Part shown: piece by piece, positions 34,862-42,841 of the stretch | How positions within the stretch are numbered: the stretch's first letter is position 1 | How the letters are laid out: the number at the start of each line of letters is the position of its first letter | DNA from: Myxococcales bacterium | GTDB taxonomy: Bacteria; Lernaellota; Lernaellaia; Lernaellales; Lernaellaceae | Direction of reading: 5' to 3' | Assembly (NCBI GenBank): GCA_012517325.1 | Contig: JAAYVF010000107.1 | Span: 3,032 to 67,031, forward strand | Length of the DNA: 64,000 nt | The notes under the pieces: model-generated | Told to the model about the DNA's origin: nothing | The model's input: only the letters and a program-made list of their open reading frames with translations | Databases searched by the model: none | Translations under genes and position numbers: made by a program

Positions 34862-36496
34862 ATGCGCCGTTTGTTGTTCATCCTGTTGCCGATTTTGTTG
34901 CTCGTCCTTTCGCTCGCCGCCTGCGACAACGATGATGATGATAATGACGATTCCACCGTCGTGGCAGATGACGATACCGGCGTCGACGATGATGACGACG
35001 ATGACGATGATGACGACGATGATGACGACGATGACGACGATGACGACAACGACGATAATGACGACAACGACGACAACGACGATAACGATGACAACGATGA
35101 CAACGACGACGTTTCGCCCGAGTGTCCCGACGCGGACGAGGACGGATATACCGACGAAAATTGCGGCGGGCTCGACTGCAACGACGCCGATCCGGCGATC
35201 AATCCTGACGCCTACGACATCTGCGGCGACAACATCGACAACAACTGCGACGACATCGTCGACAACCCGGACGATCCCGTCGTCGAATTGCCGGAGTTCA
35301 TCCTCGGCATCAGTTCGGGCGGCAGCTTCACCACGTACCTGCCCGGCTTGGGAATGACCTGGGTGCGCATCACCATTTCCTGGAAGTGGGTCCAGGCGGA
35401 AGTCACCGATCCCGACCTGACCATGGCCGACATCGAGGCGAATCCCGGCCTCATCGACGATTTCATCGCCGCGATCGACTGGACCTCGATCGACAACTAT
35501 GTGCGTGGCCTGCAAGCCGCCGGGCTCGACCCGATCCCGCTGGTCGGCCACGGCTACAGCAATACGCTGCCGGCTATCGAAGGCGAACTGGCGACGCCCG
35601 ACCGCCTGGGCACCGAGCATTATCTGGCGCTGCAATACCGCTGGGTGCGCGCCCTGGTCGAGCGCTACGACGGCGACGGTTACCTCGACGCCGACAACAT
35701 CGTCGTCAAGATCTGGCAGACCGAAAACGAGCTCAACCAGGCCATGCTGACCGCAGTCTGGGGCTGGCGCGATCCGCAGTGGCTCGACGCGCTGACCTCG
35801 GCCTGGGCCGATTGGGATTTCTGCACGACGCTCCTGTCCACGCTGTACGACGCGGTGCACGACGCCGACCCGGAGGCGATCACCGTCCAGAATCTGCACA
35901 CCGACGTGCCGCCCGAAATTTCGCACTTGTTGTTCCAGCCGTCGTGGACCGAGGCGGCCACGCAATGGCGCGATTACATGGATCTCGTCGGCTTCGACGC
36001 TTATCCGAATTATTACCTGGCCGAGCCGGTGATGGGCGATCAGATCGGCGCGCGCGTCACGCAGCTCGACGAGGCCGCGTGCGGCAAGCCGGTCATCGCG
36101 ATGGAAATCGGCTACCCATCCGGCCCGGAGGAACTGGGCTTCACCTGGGACAACCAGGCGCAGTTCATCGACGACGCGTTCCATTCGGCTTACGAAGCCG
36201 GGGCCGTGGGCTATCTGCATTTCGGGTTGAACAGCGACGACACCCACAGCGTGGAAATCACGCCCGAGGACATCGCCAACCTGGAACTGGTCAGCGGGCT
36301 TTATCTGAATGAATCGTGGCTGCAGCTCATGCTCTGGGCGGCCGGCAACCTCGATTACATCAACAATCACTTCATCGACGTGTTGCAGTCGGTCGAGGAA
36401 TATTGGGGCGTGATCTACAACGTCGGCCCGGTCTACAAGCCGGGTTATACGACGCTGCAGAATATCGCGACCGAGGTTTACGGACCGAAGGAATGA
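34862..36496 (+). CDS. lipoprotein: poly-Asp/Asn linker, Cys-rich MopE-like putative metal-binding motif, and TIM-barrel glycoside hydrolase-like domain (GH5-like)
   Basis: It opens MRRLLFILLPILLLVLSLAAC|DNDDDDND..., then CPDADEDGYTDENCGGLDCNDADPAINPDAYDICGDNIDNNCD, then a domain with TENELNQ (NEx acid/base-like) and AMEIGYP (nucleophile-like Glu). Confidence 0.55.
   Translation: MRRLLFILLPILLLVLSLAACDNDDDDNDDSTVVADDDTGVDDDDDDDDDDDDDDDDDDDDDNDDNDDNDDNDDNDDNDDNDDVSPECPDADEDGYTDENCGGLDCNDADPAINPDAYDICGDNIDNNCDDIVDNPDDPVVELPEFILGISSGGSFTTYLPGLGMTWVRITISWKWVQAEVTDPDLTMADIEANPGLIDDFIAAIDWTSIDNYVRGLQAAGLDPIPLVGHGYSNTLPAIEGELATPDRLGTEHYLALQYRWVRALVERYDGDGYLDADNIVVKIWQTENELNQAMLTAVWGWRDPQWLDALTSAWADWDFCTTLLSTLYDAVHDADPEAITVQNLHTDVPPEISHLLFQPSWTEAATQWRDYMDLVGFDAYPNYYLAEPVMGDQIGARVTQLDEAACGKPVIAMEIGYPSGPEELGFTWDNQAQFIDDAFHSAYEAGAVGYLHFGLNSDDTHSVEITPEDIANLELVSGLYLNESWLQLMLWAAGNLDYINNHFIDVLQSVEEYWGVIYNVGPVYKPGYTTLQNIATEVYGPKE
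34984..35110 (+). repeat. poly-GAY tract followed by 9-nt (gacgacaac) tandem coding repeats encoding poly-D then (DDN)n
   Basis: Direct reading of 34981-35110. Confidence 0.7.
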
Positions 36497-36651
36497 ATCA
36501 TCCAGGGGCTCCCGCCCCCGGCTACGACCATCGCCTAAATGGGCGATGCTGTGCCACCCGCATCGCGGGTTCCGGAAAAGCCTGTCACTGACAGGCGGCC
36601 GATCGCCTTCGCGATCCTAGCCAAGGGCGGAAGCCCCTGGATCTCTTTCGA

Positions 36652-38223
36652 CTACTTCGCGACCCCAAACCGCAAATACTGCACCCAGCCGGTAATCGTC
36701 ACGTCCACCGCGCCGTCGGCGGTGTCGCCGCTCGCCAGCGGGTCGCCGTTCTGGTCGTACAGTCCCCAATCGCCGGTCGCGCCGGAAGGCAGGGGCACGC
36801 TGACCGGAAATTCGTGTTCGAGCATCGTCTGGTCGTGCCAGAGGCCGAGTGTCCACGTGCCGTCGTCGGCGGCGAAGGCAAGGGCGTGCAAATCGCCGTC
36901 CCACGCCAGCGCCGCGCCCAGGTCGCCGGCGAAGCGCGACTCGCCCAGCATCTGGTCTGCGCCGACCAGCGCGTTGTAGGCCGGTTTGGCGGCGATGGTG
37001 CCGCCCGGCCACGAATACAAACCGAAGGTGTCCTCGGTCGGCGGCGTCGCGCCGCCTTCGCCGTCCCAGAAGGTGTACCAGTAGAAATATTCGACCTCGG
37101 CCTGCAGGGCGAGCAGCAGGCCGCGCGCCGCGAAGGCGCCCTGCCGTTCCTCGCCGATGAAGTAATCCGGCCAGCCCATCTCGGTGAGGTAGATCGGTTT
37201 GTCGCCGCAGCCGATATCCGCCAGCCGTTCCCGCGCCGCCGCGATCATCCCCGGCATATTGGGGTAGACGAAAAAGCCGAGGTCGAAGGTGAATTCCGGC
37301 CCCGGCTGCTGGAAGAGCGTGTAGGGGTGGATCGCCATCGCGTCGATGAAGTCGCAAAGATCGGGATGCGCCTCGGCGACCTGCGACAGGAAATTCCAGA
37401 CGCCGTTCTGAATCAGGTCCGGGATGTTGTCGAAATCCACGGTGGACAGGCCGCCGAAAAGGACGGTCGCGCTCGGATCGTTTTCATGGATCGCGGTATA
37501 GGCCGCCTTGAGCAAGGTGCCGTAGTGGTCCGGATTGGGCGCCGGCGACCAGAACCGCGTCGTGTTTTCCTCGTTCCAGATTTCGTACACGTCGATGCGA
37601 TCGGCGAAGTGCGCCGCGACCGAGCCGTTGAAATCCGCGTAGATTTCCGGATCGATGTCGTCCGGCGATCCGTTGGGCATGGCCCAGCCGACTCCGTAGG
37701 CCATCATCGCGTCCACCTGGATGCCGGCATCCAGGTTCAGATCGACCATCGTGTCGTAGCCGTCGAAGTACCATTCGTCGTCGTTGGGTTCCAGCGTGCT
37801 CCAATGAAAATCGGTGCGCATCATGCCGACGCCGGCGTTGCCGAGTTGCCCGATTTCGAACTCGCGCAATTCATCGTAGCCGGCGCCGTTGCTCATGTGG
37901 CTGGAAATGGCGAGGATTTCGCCGAGTGTTTTGCCGGACGGAGCAAATCCCGCGTATGGATCGGTCGGCGTGGTGTCGTTGTCGTCGTTATCGTCATTGT
38001 CGTCGTTGTCGTCGTTGTCGTCATTGTCATCGTTGTCGTCATTGTCATCGTTATCGTCGTTGTCGTCGTCGTCGACTGGCGAAGAGTCATCATTATTGTC
38101 ATCGTCGAGCGGCGAGGAATCGTTGTCATCGTCATCGCCGTTGTCGCAAGCGGAGAAACCGAAAAGCGCCGCCAGGCAGAGAAAAAGAAGAACCGCGTGA
38201 GGAATGGAAATCAACCGCTTCAT
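36652..38223 (-). CDS. lipoprotein with poly-Asp/Asn linker and GH5-like TIM-barrel glycoside hydrolase domain
   Basis: It opens MKRLISIPHAVLLFLCLAALFGFSAC|DNGDDDDND..., with a (DDN)n linker, EIWNEEN (NEP-like acid/base) and YLTEMGWP (nucleophile Glu). Confidence 0.6.
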   Translation of the reverse strand: MKRLISIPHAVLLFLCLAALFGFSACDNGDDDDNDSSPLDDDNNDDSSPVDDDDNDDNDDNDDNDDNDDNDDNDDNDDNDDNDTTPTDPYAGFAPSGKTLGEILAISSHMSNGAGYDELREFEIGQLGNAGVGMMRTDFHWSTLEPNDDEWYFDGYDTMVDLNLDAGIQVDAMMAYGVGWAMPNGSPDDIDPEIYADFNGSVAAHFADRIDVYEIWNEENTTRFWSPAPNPDHYGTLLKAAYTAIHENDPSATVLFGGLSTVDFDNIPDLIQNGVWNFLSQVAEAHPDLCDFIDAMAIHPYTLFQQPGPEFTFDLGFFVYPNMPGMIAAARERLADIGCGDKPIYLTEMGWPDYFIGEERQGAFAARGLLLALQAEVEYFYWYTFWDGEGGATPPTEDTFGLYSWPGGTIAAKPAYNALVGADQMLGESRFAGDLGAALAWDGDLHALAFAADDGTWTLGLWHDQTMLEHEFPVSVPLPSGATGDWGLYDQNGDPLASGDTADGAVDVTITGWVQYLRFGVAK

Positions 38224-38613
38224 GTCTGCTCCTGAAGATGTTACCTCCCGACTTTCGGAGGCGGGGCAGGGAGTGTCAAGTCCCGATACAATATAAAGAA
38301 TTTGTCATTTCAAGATCGACATCTCTTATCTGGCGGGTTGAATTTAACAAATCGATTAATGGTCTTTTTGCGCCGCGCGATTCGAAGAAGTGGATCCTTT
38401 CGTTCCTCGTCCCGAAACGCGCAACGGAGCCTTATTGCAAAAAATTTGCAACAATCGCTGGCTTTTTACCGGGTGGGACTTATTTTCAGGGTGAAAAGTG
38501 AAAGAAAAGTAGCGCGAATTGCAAATGCAGGCTGGTGGGTTCGCTGGCTGCCGAAGAAAAACGGTTGATTGCCGAATGATTATGATAATTCGCGTCGCCC
38601 CGCTTGGTCGGAC

Positions 38614-38762
38614 TAGCCGGGTGTTGAAAAACACCCGGCGTGCGATCCATGGATGGATCGCCATTTTCGGTAACTTCCGAAGTTGCCGAAAATGAAGCGA
38701 AAGAAAAACCACGCTTTTTGTTGAGCGCGGTTGAAAAAGGACAGGACGGCCTTTTTCAACAG
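38614..38762. repeat. ~145-nt structured intergenic element, copy 1 of 2 (three hairpins); candidate sRNA or MITE/REP-like element
   Basis: It is near-identical to 50418..50564. The hairpins are CCGGGTG-ttgaaaaa-CACCCGG, CGGTAACTTC-c-GAAGTTGCCG, and GTTGAAAAAGG-acaggacgg-CCTTTTTCAAC. Confidence 0.6.
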
Positions 38763-38779
38763 ACTGCTGGGAGCCATCC

Positions 38780-40333
38780 ATGAAATACGATCCTCGCATG
38801 AACACCGCGCCGGATGGATTCGACCCGCGGCGCGATTTGCCGGCCGGTTTTTGGGATTTTTATCTGCCTTTGCATCGCAAATACACCGCCTGGCAACAGG
38901 AACTCGTCGCCAAACGGCAGGCGCAGCTCCGGGCCGCGCACGAGGGCAAGCTGCCCGATTACCTGCCCCCTTCCGAAATTTCACGCGGCGACTGGAAAGT
39001 CACCTTGCCGGAATGGGTGCTCGACCAGCGCAACCAGATGACCGGCCCCGTCGACGACGCCGAACTGTCGGTCAAGATGCTCAACTCCGGCGCGCCGGGC
39101 GTCATGCTCGACCTCGAGGACTCGATGGCCAACACGTGGGAAAACCTGATGACGGGCCACGACAACGCCATCCGGGCGCTTTACGGCGAGTTGGAATATT
39201 GCTGCAAAGGCGAGGAACCCGTCGCGGTCAAGCCGAGCAAAACCGTGGTTTACCTGCGCGCGCGCGGCCTGCACCTGTCGCAAGCCGGCCTGCTGCCGGA
39301 GCGGGAATTGACCTCGGCTTCGCTGTTCGACGTGGCGTTGATCGCCTATCGCGTCGACCGCGCGAAGCTGAAGCACAACCTGTCTTTTTACATCCCGAAG
39401 ACCGAGGCGGCCGAGGAAGGCCGCTGGTGGGCCGGGGTATTCAAAGACCTCGCCGCGGCCAAGGGCTGGGAGCCCGATTACATTAAAGCGATGGCGCTGG
39501 TGGAGTCGTTTCCGATGGCCTACCAGTTCGAGGAATTCGCCTATTACCTGCGCGATCACCTGCTCGGTCTGAATCTCGGCCGGTGGGATTACATGGCGAG
39601 CCTGATCCACTTCAATCTGAACGATCCGAACTGGATTTTGCCCAACCGCAACACCATTCCGCACGACGTGCCGTTTTTCCAGAACGTTCGCGTGCGGATT
39701 CCGCAAATCTGCCACCGGCGCGGCCTGCTGGCGATCGGCGGCATGACGGCGCTGTACCCGAGTCGTGTCGACGCCGCGCTCAATAAACGCGCCCTCGAGG
39801 TGCTGGCCGTCGACAAAAAAAACGAGGCGAACTGCGGCATGGACGGCGCCTGGACCGGCCACCCCGACCAGAATCGGATCGCCCTGGAGCAGTTCCCCGT
39901 GCCCAATCAGTTGAGCCGCTGGGATCCCGTCTACGACAAGTACCCCGACCTTCGCGTGGCGCCGCTGGGCGTCGGCGCGACGACGCTGGAAGGCACGCGC
40001 ATCGCGGCGCGGACCACGATCCTTTACCGGTTCGGCTACCTGTCGGGCAAGGGGGCGAGCCTGATCAACGGCTACATGGAAGATCTGGCCACCGATCGCA
40101 TCTACCGCCTGATGATCGCCCAGCGGGTGCGGCACGGCCTCACGGCGCCCGACGAGAACGGCCGGCCGGTGAACCATACACCGGAATTGGCGACCCGGAT
40201 TTACGACGAGGAACTCGACAAGCTGCTGGCCGCCCTGCCGCCGGATACCGACGAGGCCGTGAAGGCGCGCTATCGCGAGGCGCGGCGCCAGAGCGAGGAA
40301 ATGATTGCGCAAGGCCGGTTCGATCCCGTTTGA
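38780..40333 (+). CDS. aceB: malate synthase A
   Basis: 517 aa. The VMLDLEDSMANTWENL block (malate synthase D-x-E-D-S...TW signature), the overall length and the adjacent isocitrate lyase support the call. Confidence 0.85.
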   Translation: MKYDPRMNTAPDGFDPRRDLPAGFWDFYLPLHRKYTAWQQELVAKRQAQLRAAHEGKLPDYLPPSEISRGDWKVTLPEWVLDQRNQMTGPVDDAELSVKMLNSGAPGVMLDLEDSMANTWENLMTGHDNAIRALYGELEYCCKGEEPVAVKPSKTVVYLRARGLHLSQAGLLPERELTSASLFDVALIAYRVDRAKLKHNLSFYIPKTEAAEEGRWWAGVFKDLAAAKGWEPDYIKAMALVESFPMAYQFEEFAYYLRDHLLGLNLGRWDYMASLIHFNLNDPNWILPNRNTIPHDVPFFQNVRVRIPQICHRRGLLAIGGMTALYPSRVDAALNKRALEVLAVDKKNEANCGMDGAWTGHPDQNRIALEQFPVPNQLSRWDPVYDKYPDLRVAPLGVGATTLEGTRIAARTTILYRFGYLSGKGASLINGYMEDLATDRIYRLMIAQRVRHGLTAPDENGRPVNHTPELATRIYDEELDKLLAALPPDTDEAVKARYREARRQSEEMIAQGRFDPV

Positions 40334-40378
40334 GGCCGGCCTTTTTCCAATGGGTGCGGGAAAACCACAAGGAGTCGG

Positions 40379-41521
40379 ATGATGAGCGAGAAAATGAATC
40401 TGGTCGATACCCCGCTGCTGCCGCCGGGTTTCCAAGTGCCGGCGTCGCGCTTCGTGCATCCCAGCAAGCGGTTGCGCGAGCTGTTGAAAACCGAGCCCTA
40501 CGTCTTCGGGCCGGGCGTCTACGATCCGATGACCGCGCAACTGGTGATGTATTACGGCTTCAAGGCCGTTTACTTCAGCGGTTACAGCTTCGCCATGGGT
40601 CACGTCGGCACCACCGACATGGATCTGTACACCGGCACCGAAATCGCCGACGCCGCGCGCCGCACGGTCAGCGCGTTGCGTAAGTTTCAATTGACCATGG
40701 CGATCGGCGAGCCCGAAAAGAACATCGCCCCGAAGCACCTGGACATTCCGCCGGTGATCATCGACATGGACGGCGGCTACGGTAACCTGTTCAACGTCGC
40801 GCGCACCGCCGAAAACTACGTCACCGCCGGCGTCGCCGCGGCGCACCTCGAGGACCAGGTGCTGCCCAAGCGCTGCGGGCACATCGGCGGCAAGGCGCTG
40901 ATCCCCGCCGGCGAGATGATCGGCAAGCTCAAGATCATGCGCGCCGTCGCCGACGACCTGGGCAACCGGGATTTCGTCATCATCGCCCGCACCGACGGCC
41001 TCTCGGCGGTCGACGCGCCGGAAAAAGCGCGGGGCATGGACCTGGCGGTGGGCCGGGCGTTGCAATACCTCGAAACCGGCATCCCCGATCTGATCTGGTG
41101 CGAGTTCCCGACCGCGGACCGCGGACCGCTCGAGGAGTTCACCGGTCGCGTTCATCAAGAATTCCCGGATGCGAAGTTCGCCTTCAACTACAGCTCGTCG
41201 TTCAAATGGTACAAGGACCAGAACCCCATCACCTTCGACCAACTGGGCGAATTGGGCGTCAAATTCCTGTTCATCACCCTCGGCGGTCAGCACGCGACGG
41301 CGCACGGCTTCAGCGTTCTGTTGCAGGATATGCTCCAGGCCAAGCAGCAAGGTTACATGGAGCTACAAAAGAAGGAATTCGCGCCCGGCACCGACTTCCC
41401 GTCCAAGAGCCATCACTTTTTCTCGGGCGTGCCGTACCACCACCTGATGGGCGATCTGTACGAGGCGGCCCGTCTGGGAACCCGGTTCGTCGAGGAGTTG
41501 CCGGAGGATAAGGTCGTCTGA
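40379..41521 (+). CDS. aceA: isocitrate lyase
   Basis: The KRCGHIGGK active-site signature is present in a PEP-mutase/ICL-fold protein of 380 aa. AAGGAG lies upstream. Confidence 0.8.
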   Translation: MMSEKMNLVDTPLLPPGFQVPASRFVHPSKRLRELLKTEPYVFGPGVYDPMTAQLVMYYGFKAVYFSGYSFAMGHVGTTDMDLYTGTEIADAARRTVSALRKFQLTMAIGEPEKNIAPKHLDIPPVIIDMDGGYGNLFNVARTAENYVTAGVAAAHLEDQVLPKRCGHIGGKALIPAGEMIGKLKIMRAVADDLGNRDFVIIARTDGLSAVDAPEKARGMDLAVGRALQYLETGIPDLIWCEFPTADRGPLEEFTGRVHQEFPDAKFAFNYSSSFKWYKDQNPITFDQLGELGVKFLFITLGGQHATAHGFSVLLQDMLQAKQQGYMELQKKEFAPGTDFPSKSHHFFSGVPYHHLMGDLYEAARLGTRFVEELPEDKVV

Positions 41522-41587
41522 CATACTGACCGGCCGAAGCGGGGCGGCGATCCGGGCCGCCCCCCGAACCAGCAGACGGAAACGGCG

Positions 41588-42538
41588 ATGAAAAAACGAA
41601 AACTCGGGACGACCGAGATTTACGTGACCGAAATCGGCTTGGGCACCAATGCCGTCGGCGGTCACAACCTCTACGACAATCTTTCGGAAGAGCGGGGCGT
41701 CGCCCTGGTGCGGCGCGCGGTCGAGCTGGGCGTCAATTTCATCGACACCGCCGATATCTACGGCCTGGGCCGCTCGGAGGAACTGGTCGGCCAGGCGCTG
41801 CAAGGGCGGCGAGGCGAGGTCGTGCTCGCCACCAAGGGCGCCAGCGAATGGGATGCGGCCGGCCGGCGCGTCGGCGTGAACAATCGGCCGGAGTATCTGC
41901 GCCGCGCGCTCGAAGCCAGCTTGCGCCGGCTCGGCACCGATTACGTCGATCTATATTACCTTCACCGCATCGACGGCGCCGTGCCGCTGTGCGACAGCTT
42001 CGGCGAACTGCAAAAGCTCAAGGCGGAGGGTAAAATCCGCGCCGTCGGCCTGTCGAACGTCACCGTGCCGCAGTTGCAGGCGGCGATGTGCGCCGGGACG
42101 ATCGACGCGGTTCAGAACGAATACAGTCTGTTTCAACGCGAAGCCGAGGAAGACGTGCTGCCGTTCTGCGAGGACAATGACATTTCGTTCATTCCTTACG
42201 GCCCGCTGGCCTATGGACTGCTCGCCGGTCGCTACGACCGCGGTTTTCGGTTGACCCCGAACGACTGGCGCCATCGCGTGCCGTTCTTCGACGCGAAAAA
42301 CTTCGGCAAGTTGCTGGACCGGGTCGACGATCTCAAGGAGATCGCCGCGACCCTGCATCATTCGCTGCCGCACCTCGCGATCCGCTGGGCCTTGCGCCAC
42401 CGCATGGTCTCGTCGGTCATCGCCGGCGCGAAAAATCCCGACCAGGTCGACGACAACGCCGCCGCCGTCGACTGGGATCTCACCGACGCCGAAATCGACG
42501 CCGTCGACGAAGTGACGGCCGATCTGCATTATTCGTGA
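41588..42538 (+). CDS. aldo/keto reductase
   Basis: GLGTNAVGG...DTADIYG...LATKG...LYYLHRID... are typical AKR blocks. Confidence 0.8.
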   Translation: MKKRKLGTTEIYVTEIGLGTNAVGGHNLYDNLSEERGVALVRRAVELGVNFIDTADIYGLGRSEELVGQALQGRRGEVVLATKGASEWDAAGRRVGVNNRPEYLRRALEASLRRLGTDYVDLYYLHRIDGAVPLCDSFGELQKLKAEGKIRAVGLSNVTVPQLQAAMCAGTIDAVQNEYSLFQREAEEDVLPFCEDNDISFIPYGPLAYGLLAGRYDRGFRLTPNDWRHRVPFFDAKNFGKLLDRVDDLKEIAATLHHSLPHLAIRWALRHRMVSSVIAGAKNPDQVDDNAAAVDWDLTDAEIDAVDEVTADLHYS

Positions 42539-42841
42539 CCGGTGTTGATTAACGAAAAAGTGATGAGTTTTAGAGTGGTGTATTACCCATCTAATCCAGC
42601 CATTCTGTAGATGATTTTGCAATTTGTGGAACCGCTCGCCTCACGAACAACCTACTGATTAACAGAAAAGTAAAAACGATTTTCGAAATTTTTTTTCCGA
42701 ATTTCGGATGTTGTCTTCCGCTCCCAAAGCCTAAGTACTTGAAATCACAATATCGCGCATTTGGCATGTCCAATGCTTCATGTCTCATTATCGCGCATTA
42801 ATTATTGTGATGACAATAATCGTCAGCGAAAAGGATGGTCA

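Noticed and set aside
34984-35110. Short tandem repeat arrays (9-nt units) that superficially resemble CRISPR or VNTR
   Set aside because: The units are 9 nt long, sit in frame inside CDSs and encode (DDN)n linkers. There are no spacers and no cas genes, so these are not CRISPR.
38981-41350. 789-aa minus-strand ORF antisense to aceB/aceA
   Set aside because: It is antisense to two genes with diagnostic active-site motifs. It has low-complexity Arg/Ala/Gly composition.
41521-41590. GC-rich inverted repeat GGGGCGGC...GCCGCCCC after aceA as a terminator
   Set aside because: No T-run follows it on the plus strand. It is possibly an mRNA stem-loop, but it was not called as a terminator.
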